In this document: positions 1-8,030 of the stretch, piece after piece
Numbering within the stretch: the first letter of the stretch is position 1
How the letters are laid out: each line of letters starts with the position of its first letter
Assembly: GCA_049323575.1 (NCBI GenBank)
Contig: JBMOPM010000173.1
Location: 9,111 to 51,038 of the forward strand
Length of the DNA: 41,928 bases
Reading direction: 5' to 3'
DNA from: Gemmatimonadota bacterium
Lineage (GTDB): Bacteria; Gemmatimonadota; Gemmatimonadetes; Gemmatimonadales; GWC2-71-9
Translations under genes and position numbers: made by a program
Notes under the pieces: model-generated
What the model was told of the DNA's origin: nothing
The model's database searches: none
Seen by the model: only the letters and a program-made list of their open reading frames with translations

Positions 1-78
1 CCAGCAACAGGATCAGGTCCATGGGTGATGAAGCCGGGTGTGTGGCGTCACTGGCGTCGAGGCGTACCCCATGGCGTC

Positions 79-2127
79 TCAGGGACCCTTGACCGCGGAC
101 GGCGTGAGCTGGCCCAGCTGCGCGCCGTTACCCAGTTGACCCGCGGCATTGCCGCCCCAGCAGTAGCCGAAGCCGTCGGTCCCCACGGCGCAGGACGAGA
201 GCGCTCCCCCCTCGATCGCCGCGGGCGTGAGCCCGGCCGCAACGACGACCGGCACGGTCCGGGTGGTGAACGTCCCGTCGCCCAACTGTGCGCTGTTGTT
301 GCTGCCCCAGCAGAGTCCCTTCCCGTCCAGGCGCACACCGCAGGTGTGGGTATCGCCGGCGGCGAGGCTGCCGTATTTGTGGCCGCCCACCACCGGGGTG
401 CCTGCGGTCGTGGTGGGGATCGTGTTCCCGACCCCGAGCTGGCCGGTGTCGTTGGCGCCCCAGCAATAGGCGGTGCCGTCGGTCGCGAGGGCGCAGCTAT
501 GGCGGTCGCCGGCCACGACCCGCGTGAGCGTCACCGGCGTGGAGAAGAGCACCGCGGTGGGCGCGCCCTTGTCCACCGTAGTGCCGTCGCCCAGTTGGCC
601 GGCGCTGTTGCGGCCCCAGCAGAAGATTCCGCCGTTCTCGATGCCACAGGTGTGGGAGGAACCGCTGGCGATGGCGCTGAACACATGTCCGCCCTGCACC
701 GCGACCGGCACGTTCGAACTGGCACCGGCGCCGGCGCCGAGCTGCTGGTTCCCGTTGCTCCCCCAGCACCACGCCGCCCCGGCCGTGTCGAGCGCGCAGG
801 TGTGGCGCGCGCCGGCGCTCACCTGCGTGTACGTGCGCCCGCCGGAGATGGCCACGGGACTCGTCTGCGCATTGGGCGAGCTGCCGCTGCCGATCTGCCC
901 CTGAGCGCCGCCACCCCAGCAGACGATCGAGCCAGTGGTGGTGAGGCCGCAGGTGTGCAGCTCGCCCGCGGTGATCGCGGCGAAGCTGAAGCCGCCCGCC
1001 ACCTTCACCGGGTCGGCCTGACGCGCGGAGCCGGTCTGGCCGCTGCCGAGCTGCCCGTTCTGGTTCGCGCCCCAGCACCACGCGGCGCCGTCCGGCGCGA
1101 TGCCGCAGGCGTGGGATTGCCCCACGGCGATGGCCCTGAGTGCCTTGCCCGTCGCGGTCGCGCGGACCGCGATGTCGGGCGCGCCGGCCACCTGCACCGT
1201 CATGGTCTGCACGCCCACGGAGGCCCCGGGCGTCCACAGCACCTTGAGGCGGCCGTCGGCGCGCGTACGCGCACTGCCCGGCGCCACGCTGCCGATGGTC
1301 AGATAGCGCGGCTGCACACCGGCCACCGGGTTGCCGGCGGCGTCGGTCACCTTGAACTCGAGCGAATCCGTGAGCGGCAGCCCCGCGATGCCCGTCTGGT
1401 TGTCACCGGCCAGGAGCTCTGCCCTGGCCGGGCCGCCGATCGTGCCGGTAGCGCTGACCGCCACCGGCGGGAGGCCCGCGACGGTCGCCGTCGCCCCGTT
1501 GGGCCCCGGTGTCCCGCCCAGCGACCAGTTGGCCGATGCCTCGCCCTGAGCGTCCGTCGTGTCGAGCGCGGGGGTGAGCGTGCCGCCGCCCGCGGTCACC
1601 GCGAAGGCCGCCTCCACGTTCGCCAGCCGGTTGCCCCGCGCATCGGCCACCCGCACGACGATCGGCGCGGGGAGCACGGTGCCCGCCGGATTCGTCTGGT
1701 TGTTGCCGGAGACGAGCGTCACCGCCGCCGGCGGCCCGGCGACGCTCGTGGCCGACACGATGCGATCGGCCAGGCCTGCCACCCGCACGGTGAGTGCGTT
1801 GGGGCCGGGCACGTCGCCCACCGACCATCGGGTCTGCGCCAGACCGCCGGCGCCGGTGGCGGTGGTCGCGGGACTCACGCTCCCGCCACCCGACGTCACC
1901 AGGAACGACACGGCGACGCCCGCGAGCGGCTGGCCCTGCGCATCGTCCACCCGGACGACGATCGGGTTGGCCAGCGCCGTTCCTGCCGCGGCGGTCTGAC
2001 CGTCGCCGGAGACGAGCACCAGGGCCGCGGCTTGCGGCCCGCCGCCGGGCCCCGACGAGTCCCCGCTGGAACAGGCGGCAGCGGCGGCTGCGAGGAGCGG
2101 AACGAGACGTTGGCTAATGGTGGGCAT
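79..2127 (-). CDS. Secreted lipoprotein with three Ig-like (Big-type) repeats followed by RCC1-type beta-propeller repeats
   Basis: 682-aa ORF. The N-terminus MPTISQRLVPLLAAAAAACSS looks like a signal peptide plus lipobox Cys. Three ~95-aa repeats follow the pattern LVSG..QT...G..L..P.VVRV.D..G.....V...F.V..GGG. The C-terminal half has about seven repeats of HTCG....G...CWG.N..GQLG, the RCC1 signature. Confidence 0.75.
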   Translation of the reverse strand: MPTISQRLVPLLAAAAAACSSGDSSGPGGGPQAAALVLVSGDGQTAAAGTALANPIVVRVDDAQGQPLAGVAVSFLVTSGGGSVSPATTATGAGGLAQTRWSVGDVPGPNALTVRVAGLADRIVSATSVAGPPAAVTLVSGNNQTNPAGTVLPAPIVVRVADARGNRLANVEAAFAVTAGGGTLTPALDTTDAQGEASANWSLGGTPGPNGATATVAGLPPVAVSATGTIGGPARAELLAGDNQTGIAGLPLTDSLEFKVTDAAGNPVAGVQPRYLTIGSVAPGSARTRADGRLKVLWTPGASVGVQTMTVQVAGAPDIAVRATATGKALRAIAVGQSHACGIAPDGAAWCWGANQNGQLGSGQTGSARQADPVKVAGGFSFAAITAGELHTCGLTTTGSIVCWGGGAQGQIGSGSSPNAQTSPVAISGGRTYTQVSAGARHTCALDTAGAAWCWGSNGNQQLGAGAGASSNVPVAVQGGHVFSAIASGSSHTCGIENGGIFCWGRNSAGQLGDGTTVDKGAPTAVLFSTPVTLTRVVAGDRHSCALATDGTAYCWGANDTGQLGVGNTIPTTTAGTPVVGGHKYGSLAAGDTHTCGVRLDGKGLCWGSNNSAQLGDGTFTTRTVPVVVAAGLTPAAIEGGALSSCAVGTDGFGYCWGGNAAGQLGNGAQLGQLTPSAVKGP

Positions 2128-2168
2128 GCAAGAGTATATCTCCGATATTCACCACCACCAAAGCGAAC

Positions 2169-3338
2169 ATGCCGACCGAACGACTCTATTACACCGACAG
2201 CTACCTGCGCGAGTTTTCGGCGAACGTGCTCCGGCGCGAAGACGGCGGACGCCGCCTCTACCTCGACCGCACCGCTTTCTACCCCACGTCCGGCGGCCAG
2301 CCGTTCGACACCGGCCAGCTCGCGGGCGCCCGAGTGGTGGACGTGGTGGACGAAGGAGACGAGATCGCCCACGTGCTCGACGCGCCGGCCCATGAGACCG
2401 CCGTCACCGGCCTGGTGGACTGGCCGCGGCGGTTCGACCACATGCAGCAGCACACGGGCCAGCATCTCCTGTCGGCGATCTTCGCGGACCGCTTCGGCTG
2501 GCCCACCGTCAGCGTTCATTTCGGGGCCGAAGTGTCGACGCTCGACCTCGACACCGGCGCCATCACGTGGGAGGACGCGCGGGCCGCTGAGCTCGCGGCC
2601 AACGCGGCCGTGGTGGAGAACCGCCCGGTGACCGTGACCTTCGAGGACGCGGCCACGGCCGCCGGCCTCAGGAAGCCGCCGGATCGGGACGGCGTGCTGC
2701 GCATCATCGACATCGGCGGCATCGACCGGAGCGCCTGTGGCGGCACCCACGTGAGGGCCACGGGCGAGATCGGGCCCGTGCTCATCCGCAAGCTCGACAG
2801 GATCCGCAAGCAGGTACGCATCGAGTTCGTCTGCGGCGGCCGCGCCGTACGAGCCGCCCAGCGGGACCACGCCGCCGTCACCGCCATGGCCGCCCTCCTT
2901 TCGGCCTCCCCGGCCGACCTGCCGGCGCTGGTCGAGGCCCAGCGCGAGCAGCTCAAGGAGCAGACGGCAGAGCGCCGGCGCCTGGCAGAGGAACTGGCCG
3001 GCTGCCGCGCGCGGGAACTCCATGCGGCGGCCATGCCGGACAGCGAGGGCCGCCGAGTCGTCGTGCAGCAGGTGAGCGGCGCGCTCGACGACGTGCGTCC
3101 GCTCGCCCTCGGCGTCGCGGGACTGCCGGGCGGCGTGTACGTCGCGGTGAGCGCGGCGCCGCCGGCGCTGCTCGTCGCCGCGGCAGAGGACTCGGGCGTG
3201 GAAGCGAACGCGCTGCTCCAGCGGGCGCTCGAGCCCGTAGGCGGCAAAGGCGGCGGATCGCCCCGGCTGGCCCAGGGTCGCTTGCCCAATGCGGCCGCCG
3301 CTGGGGTGGTGCTAGAATTGGTGAGAAGTCTGCTCTGA
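2169..3338 (+). CDS. alaX: AlaX-type alanyl-tRNA editing protein (AlaRS editing domain plus C-terminal DHHA1-like region)
   Basis: 389 aa. The N-terminus MPTERLYYTDSYLREF...DRTAFYPTSGGQPFDTG is typical of AlaX/AlaRS N-terminal editing modules. The zinc/editing motifs HTGQHLLS and CGGTHV are present. Confidence 0.8.
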   Translation: MPTERLYYTDSYLREFSANVLRREDGGRRLYLDRTAFYPTSGGQPFDTGQLAGARVVDVVDEGDEIAHVLDAPAHETAVTGLVDWPRRFDHMQQHTGQHLLSAIFADRFGWPTVSVHFGAEVSTLDLDTGAITWEDARAAELAANAAVVENRPVTVTFEDAATAAGLRKPPDRDGVLRIIDIGGIDRSACGGTHVRATGEIGPVLIRKLDRIRKQVRIEFVCGGRAVRAAQRDHAAVTAMAALLSASPADLPALVEAQREQLKEQTAERRRLAEELAGCRARELHAAAMPDSEGRRVVVQQVSGALDDVRPLALGVAGLPGGVYVAVSAAPPALLVAAAEDSGVEANALLQRALEPVGGKGGGSPRLAQGRLPNAAAAGVVLELVRSLL

Positions 3339-3357
3339 ACTCTTGCCGGGAGACACG

Positions 3358-3945
3358 ATGACGCAGCGATGGATCACCTCCGCTACTCTCGTGGCCGCAC
3401 TCGCGCTGGCCGCACAACCCGCCGCGGCCCAGGCATTCGACCTGGGCGGCTCCGTGCTGTTCTCGCGCCTCAGCAAGACCTCCGCTGCCTACGATCGCGG
3501 CAGCGACGTGGGCTATCGCGTGGGAGTGAACCTGCGGCTGGGCCGCATGTTCTTCGTGCAACCCGGCGTGCACTACCAGGAGGAGGGCTTCAAGCTCGAG
3601 CGCACCAGCGCGCCGGTGGTGGGCCGGGATCGCGTGGCCATCAGGAGCTGGTATGTCCCGGTGCAGGTGGGCGTGAACCTCGGCGTGCCCGCGGTGGGCC
3701 TCAAGTTCAGCGCGGGCCCCACCGTGAAGTTCGTGACCGGCGCCAACACTAACGACTTCGCGCTCGGGAAGGACGATTTCGCGAAGACCCAGTGGGGCGG
3801 CACCGTCAACGCGCAGGCCAGGCTGCTCTTCTTCTCCGTCGACGTCGGGTACGACGCGGGATTCACCAAGGCGTTCAAGGACACCGCCGGGTTCGGCGAC
3901 GGCACGGTGAACACGTTCCGGGTGGGGCTGGGGTTCTTCTTCTAG
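3358..3945 (+). CDS. Outer-membrane beta-barrel protein (OmpA-like/porin-family barrel)
   Basis: I prefer the ATG at 3358, which follows GGGAG (3348-3352). Signal peptide MTQRWITSATLVAALALAAQPAAAQA. The body has alternating hydrophobic beta-strand patterning and the C-terminus RVGLGFFF ends in aromatic Phe, as in OMPs. Confidence 0.7.
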   Translation: MTQRWITSATLVAALALAAQPAAAQAFDLGGSVLFSRLSKTSAAYDRGSDVGYRVGVNLRLGRMFFVQPGVHYQEEGFKLERTSAPVVGRDRVAIRSWYVPVQVGVNLGVPAVGLKFSAGPTVKFVTGANTNDFALGKDDFAKTQWGGTVNAQARLLFFSVDVGYDAGFTKAFKDTAGFGDGTVNTFRVGLGFFF

Positions 3946-4884
3946 ACGGGCGCAGGGTTCGGTGCCACCGTCTCCCACGGACCACCCGGCCGCCAATATC
4001 CCGTCAGTTCCTCGCCGCGTGGAGCGGCGGTGAGCACGGGGCCGAGGAACGCACGCAGCGCTTCGGCCAGCCGGCCAGCATCGGGCGGCGCCGCAAGCCG
4101 GCTCCTCCGGAGGAAGGCCCGCCATGCTGTCTGCCGCTCCGGTGCGCCGAGGAACTCCGGGATCAGCACGAGCGGATCGCCGTCGGGAAGGGGCGTTCTG
4201 CGACGCTCGAAGGTTGCCCGGATCGCCCGCGTCAGTGTCGGGCCGTCGAAGACAAACGACGAGCCGAGCAGATCAGAGATCGTAGGCATCCTTCATCCGG
4301 CTGTTGGTCACTCCCCGTGAAACCATGGCCTCGAACGTCTCCGCCACGACCGTCTCGCGCGGGTAGGTGAGGATGCGGGGCGCCGCGTGATCGAGCAGGG
4401 TCGGGTAACTCTGCCAGCTCGGCGCGGGCACGACCGCGTCGCCGAATCCGACATCCACCTGCATCGGAATGCGGGCTTCGGCCAGCCGGGCCTCGAACCG
4501 CACCCGTACGCCCGGATATTCCTCGTCTCCGCGGATCTCCTCGCCGACCATGGATCCAGCCTCGAACCTGATGCCATCCTCAGCCTCGATGCCGCACAGA
4601 CCTCTGATAACGGGCACCACGTCGTCCACCGCGCTCGCGCCTCGCCCGAGGAGGTCGAGATCCCAGGTGGCACGGTGGCGGTCATCCGACCAGAGCTTGA
4701 AGAGCATGGCACCCTTGAGCACGAACCGGTCGGCGTGAGGTGAGATGCCCAGCCGATACAGCAGGCGCTCGATGCCAGACTCCGAGAGCACCCGCTGGAA
4801 CTCCACTCCCTGCGCCCGTGAAAGCGCGAGCAAGCGCGCGCGCGCCGAGGCCGCAACGTTCACCGGCCGCCGGGCCGGGCTCAT
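3942..4884 (-). pseudogene. AbiEii/AbiGii-family nucleotidyltransferase toxin (type IV TA), split by a frameshift
   Basis: Two consecutive minus-strand ORFs (4273..4884, 203 aa; 3942..4289, 115 aa) together reconstruct one ~315-aa protein. Family hallmarks are FVLKGAMLF...RATWDLDL, GVRVRFEARLAEARIPMQVDVGFGD and NSRMKDAYDL. The C-terminal continuation (LLGSSFVFDG...AIRATFERR) lies in another frame. The frame switch maps to the repetitive run around 4269..4281. Confidence 0.65.
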
Positions 4885-5018
4885 CCCGTGGCTTCGAGAT
4901 ATCGGCGAATGACCTGCGTCACGCTCGCTGAAATTCGGAACGTGCGCGTCGGCTCAAGCGTCAAGGAGCCGCTCGGCTGCCGATCGCGTTGCGGTTGGGC
5001 TACGGAAGGGGAAATCCA

Positions 5019-5091
5019 TGGAGCCGAGGGGGCTCGAACCCCTGACCCCCTGCTTGCAAAGCAGGTGCTCTCCCAGCTGAGCTACGGCCCC
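5019..5091 (-). tRNA. tRNA-Ala (anticodon UGC)
   Basis: The reverse complement reads GGGGCCGTAGCTCAGCTGGGAGAGCACCTGCTTTGCAAGCAGGGGGTCAGGGGTTCGAGCCCCCTCGGCTCCA. It has a 7-bp acceptor stem with the G3:U70 alanine identity pair, anticodon loop CTTTGCAAG wait-free reading TTTGCAA with TGC at positions 34-36, and a GGTTCGA T-loop. CCA is not encoded. Confidence 0.95.
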
Positions 5092-5356
5092 GGTTCTGAC
5101 CTGCAACAACTTAGCATGGGCCGGCGGGCGTCGGCAGCACCCCGGCACGGCCGGCGCGTCCCCAAATTTCCAGACCGCCATCGGCGTCACCGCACACCGG
5201 CGACGAAGATGATCGCGGCACCATTGTCGGCCAGCGCCGGCCACATGGGGCACCCGCCCGGAACTTGACGACGCCCTCCGCCGCGCCCTACGTGCAGCCG
5301 CCGTGAGGCACGCGGCGCCCCGCGGCACGGGTCGAGTCATCTCACGGGAGGCAGCC

Positions 5357-5554
5357 ATGACACCGGAGGAACGGGAGGAACTGCTCGAACGGCTGATGAG
5401 CGAGCTGGATCGCACCTTCACGAGCGGCGGCCACGCCGAGGGGCTGCGGGCGGTGCGGCGGGCGCTCGCGTCGGCGAATGATCAGGTCCTGGAGGACCTC
5501 GCCTACCAGTTCGGCCTCGACGAGCCCGGCGAGGAAGAACTGGAAGGCGACTGA
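5357..5554 (+). CDS. Small acidic hypothetical protein (65 aa)
   Basis: The ATG at 5357 is preceded by GGGAGG. The sequence MTPEEREELLERLMSELDR...EEELEGD has no recognisable family. Coding status rests only on the RBS and codon-like composition. Confidence 0.35.
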   Translation: MTPEEREELLERLMSELDRTFTSGGHAEGLRAVRRALASANDQVLEDLAYQFGLDEPGEEELEGD

Positions 5555-5566
5555 GCCGTCGGCGCC

Positions 5567-6235
5567 TCACCGGACGAGCCAGAACCCTCCGACCACGATC
5601 GCGGCGACCGAGCAGGCAACCATCAGTCGCCGGTAGTGCCGCGCGCCGTTCCGGGCGCGACGCGTCGCAACCCATCCCATCATCCCGGCAAACACCGCCA
5701 TCGAGACGATCGTGCCGGCCGCGAACGCCGCCACGTACGTTACGGCCTGGGCCATGGTGGGAAACGCCAGCGCGGGCAGCACGCCGAGGAAGTGGCTGCT
5801 GCCCGCGAGGCCATGCAGGATGCCGACGCCCAGCGCCGCGTGCGTATGGGCGTGCGCGCCCGGCGCCTCATGATTGGCGGGATCGGTGTGAACGTGCACG
5901 TGCGTGTGCTCCACGCCGTCGTGCTCGTGGCGATGCGCGTGCACCCGGGTGCGCATCGCCTTTCTGACACCCCACAGCCCGATGCCGACCAGCATCACGC
6001 CCACCAGCCGCTCGCCCCATCCCGACAGGGTGTCGATCGGCAGGACCTCGCGAAGCAGCAGCGCGAGGATGCCCACGATGGCCACGCCCGCCGAATGCCC
6101 CACGCCCCAGCGAATGCCCACGAGCCAGGGCCGTTGCTGGCGGTCGATGGCCAGGGGCGCGATCGCCGCCAGATGATCCGGCCCCGACCAGACGTGGACC
6201 GCTCCCGCCAGCATTCCGGACACCGCGGCGATCAT
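5567..6235 (-). CDS. Ni/Co-type metal transporter-like membrane protein with His-rich loop (HupE/UreJ- or NicO/RcnA-like)
   Basis: I chose the ATG at 6235 (MIAAVSGML). About six hydrophobic segments. The H-x3-G-x-DH motif (HVWSGPDHLAAI) and a central loop HAHRHEHDGVEHTHVHVHTDPANHEAPGAHAHTH are present. The upstream 78 codons of the tracked ORF are Arg/Pro-rich and look non-coding. Confidence 0.6.
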   Translation of the reverse strand: MIAAVSGMLAGAVHVWSGPDHLAAIAPLAIDRQQRPWLVGIRWGVGHSAGVAIVGILALLLREVLPIDTLSGWGERLVGVMLVGIGLWGVRKAMRTRVHAHRHEHDGVEHTHVHVHTDPANHEAPGAHAHTHAALGVGILHGLAGSSHFLGVLPALAFPTMAQAVTYVAAFAAGTIVSMAVFAGMMGWVATRRARNGARHYRRLMVACSVAAIVVGGFWLVR

Positions 6236-6580
6236 GCGTGACCCTTCATCGGCTCGACTGCTCCCCGGTTGACGACAGCGACCCGGCCGAGCGGCCGGAA
6301 AAGTGCCCTGCAACATCCCCGGGAGCGATGCCGGCCGCAAGATCGACCGGCGGCTCGCGTGATTCACGCTACCCGGCGCCCGGCCGATGGCCTGCTTCCT
6401 GCCCATGGAAGGGCGCCGGAATTCCCGATGATACGGCGATCCGAGGCCGGAGGAGATCCTGACTGCCACAACATTCTCCCATCAGGACTGGCTCGTGGCT
6501 GACCGGCCGCGATGCGGCAACGTCCGCCCGGCAGCCAGCGGGCGACGCTTCGGCTGGCGGCGACGCTTGTCATCCGGCCC

Positions 6581-6614
6581 GGACAGGTTGTCCCCGGCGG
6601 GGACACTCTGTCCC
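6581..6614. promoter_or_regulatory. Twin palindromes GGACA-N3-TGTCC, a candidate operator upstream of the 6658 operon
   Basis: GGACAggtTGTCC lies at 6581-6593 and GGGACActcTGTCCC at 6600-6614. Their centres are 20 bp apart (about two helical turns), 45-75 nt upstream of the HAD ATG. Confidence 0.3.
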
Positions 6615-6657
6615 GGGAGATTCCCACTGATGAGCGCTCCGGGGGCTTGGCACACCC

Positions 6658-7344
6658 ATGCGTGACGGGTTGCTCTTCGACTTCGGCGGCACCCTGGATG
6701 CCGATGGCGTCCCGTGGGCGGATCGCTTCTTCGCGGTCTATCGTCGGGCCGGGGGCCGTCTGGATCGGACGGCATTTACCGCGGCATTTCGCGCTTCCGA
6801 CGAGCGCCTGGCGGAGACGCCCGGCATCCGGCAGTGCGGCTTTGCCGCCATGATCGAGCGGCAGGCCGCCATCCTCCAGGACCTGTTGCCCGACGGTTAC
6901 CTCGTCCCCCAGCACGGGATGGCCGAGCGGTTCGTCACCGATGCCCGGCTGATGGCAGCGCGCAACCGGCCCGTCCTGGCCGCGCTGGCCGCGCGGCATC
7001 GCCTCGGCATCGTGTCGAACTTCACCGGCAACCTGGTCCCCTGTCTCGTCGAGCTCGGGTTCATCGAGTTCTTCGACGTCGTGCAGGACTCTGCCGTCGT
7101 GGGCGTCGCGAAGCCGGCGCCGGCGATCTTCCTGGGCGCACTCGCCGCGCTCGACCTGCCTGCCTCCCGCTGCTGGATGGTGGGAGACAACCCGTCGGCG
7201 GACCTGGCGCCGGCGCAGGCGCTGGGACTGCGCACCTGCTGGCTCGCACCGGCCGGCCGGCCGGCGGGCGACTGCCGGCCCACAGCGCGCATCGCTCATC
7301 TCACCGACCTTCCCGAGGCACTGCAGTGGGCGCCGCTGGACTGA
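6658..7344 (+). CDS. HAD-superfamily (subfamily IA-like) hydrolase with atypical motif I
   Basis: 228 aa. Motif I reads LLFDFGGTLD, with Gly where the Asp+2 general acid normally sits. Motif II is IVSNF. Motif III/IV reads VAKPAPAIF...WMVGDNPSADL. Confidence 0.75.
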   Translation: MRDGLLFDFGGTLDADGVPWADRFFAVYRRAGGRLDRTAFTAAFRASDERLAETPGIRQCGFAAMIERQAAILQDLLPDGYLVPQHGMAERFVTDARLMAARNRPVLAALAARHRLGIVSNFTGNLVPCLVELGFIEFFDVVQDSAVVGVAKPAPAIFLGALAALDLPASRCWMVGDNPSADLAPAQALGLRTCWLAPAGRPAGDCRPTARIAHLTDLPEALQWAPLD

Positions 7345-8030
7345 TCCTGGCCGGCGGCGAAGGCTCTCGCCTCGCCGCCTCCGGCGTCGCCACGCCGAAG
7401 GCGGCCGTGCGGGTCGCCGGCCGTCCCCAGGCGGTGCGCCTGGCCGATGCGCTGCGCCGGGCCGGCTGCGATCCGATCGCGTGTGCCGTGCGCGACACCG
7501 TCGCCGGAACCCTTGCCGCCCTCCCCGATCTCGCCGAAGTACGCCTCGTCACCTGCCACACACCCACGTCGCTGCACACGCTGGCCGTGGGCCTCGAGGC
7601 GCTCCCGGCAGGTACCGTGATGTGCACCATGGTGGACTGCGTGATGCGCGACGCGGACTGGTTCGCCGCGCTCGACGCGCTGGCCGCGGGACTCTCGGAC
7701 GGCGCCAGTGCGGGCGTGGTCGTGACGCCGCTCATCGAGGACGAGCGCCCGCTCCACGTGGAGCTCGATCAGCATGGCCTCGTTCGCCGCTTCGGCGGCC
7801 CTTCCGCGCCGCGGCCGCTGGTCACGGCCGGCGTGTACGCCTTCGGTCCCGTCGCGCGGGCCGGCGTGCGCCCGGCGCTCGGCGCGGGCGTCCAGCGCAT
7901 GCGAGGGTACCTCGCGTGGCTCGTCGAGCAGGGCCACCGCATCGCCGCCGTCGAGGTGCACGAGGTGGTGGACCTCGACACCGCCCGGGATCTCGCGCGC
8001 GCCACCGCCTTGCTCGAGGCTGGCGTCTGA
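7326..8030 (+). CDS. Nucleotidyltransferase (NTP_transferase-fold; sugar/polyol-phosphate cytidylyl- or similar transferase)
   Basis: The second half of tracked ORF 6714..8030. The proposed GTG start at 7326 gives VGAAGLILAGGEGSRL....PK, the GxGxRL nucleotide-binding signature. The part of the ORF upstream of 7326 overlaps the HAD gene out of frame. The start is uncertain. Confidence 0.65.
   Translation: MGAAGLILAGGEGSRLAASGVATPKAAVRVAGRPQAVRLADALRRAGCDPIACAVRDTVAGTLAALPDLAEVRLVTCHTPTSLHTLAVGLEALPAGTVMCTMVDCVMRDADWFAALDALAAGLSDGASAGVVVTPLIEDERPLHVELDQHGLVRRFGGPSAPRPLVTAGVYAFGPVARAGVRPALGAGVQRMRGYLAWLVEQGHRIAAVEVHEVVDLDTARDLARATALLEAGV

Noticed and set aside
1-22. A possible start of a minus-strand gene (the reverse complement of 1-22 reads ATGGACCTGATCCTGTTGCTGG, MDLILLL) running off the left edge.
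   Set aside because: Only 7 codons are visible, so it cannot be supported as a feature.
25-2631. An 868-aa plus-strand ORF, and similar very long ORFs antisense to real genes (for example 13622..16522, 11746..14070, 22948..24810, 28441..30936, 30990..32144, 31817..33199, 36872..38032).
   Set aside because: Their translations are dominated by Arg/Ala/Gly/Pro with no motifs, and they lie opposite ORFs with clear family signatures. Long stop-free antisense frames are expected at this GC content.
2169-5091. AlaX (a tRNA-Ala editing factor) lying 1.7 kb from tRNA-Ala(UGC), considered as a functional linkage.
   Set aside because: The two are on opposite strands and separated by two unrelated genes, so this is most likely coincidence.
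3900-5100. A search for att-like direct repeats of the tRNA-Ala 3' end, an integrase or a recombinase flanking the AbiEii remnant.
   Set aside because: None found. The only similar string (GGGTTCGGTGCC near 3953-3964) is in the wrong orientation and too degenerate, so no mobile element is called.
6340-6375. Weak similarity of the transporter leader to a cobalamin riboswitch core.
   Set aside because: There is no recognisable B12 box or full conserved core by eye. It is kept only as a hypothesis to test with a covariance model.
6714-7325. The N-terminal 204 codons of tracked ORF 6714..8030, which would make a 438-aa nucleotidyltransferase.
   Set aside because: This part overlaps the well-supported HAD gene in another frame and is Arg/Pro/Gly-rich. 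The nucleotide-binding GxGxRL motif begins right after the GTG at 7326.
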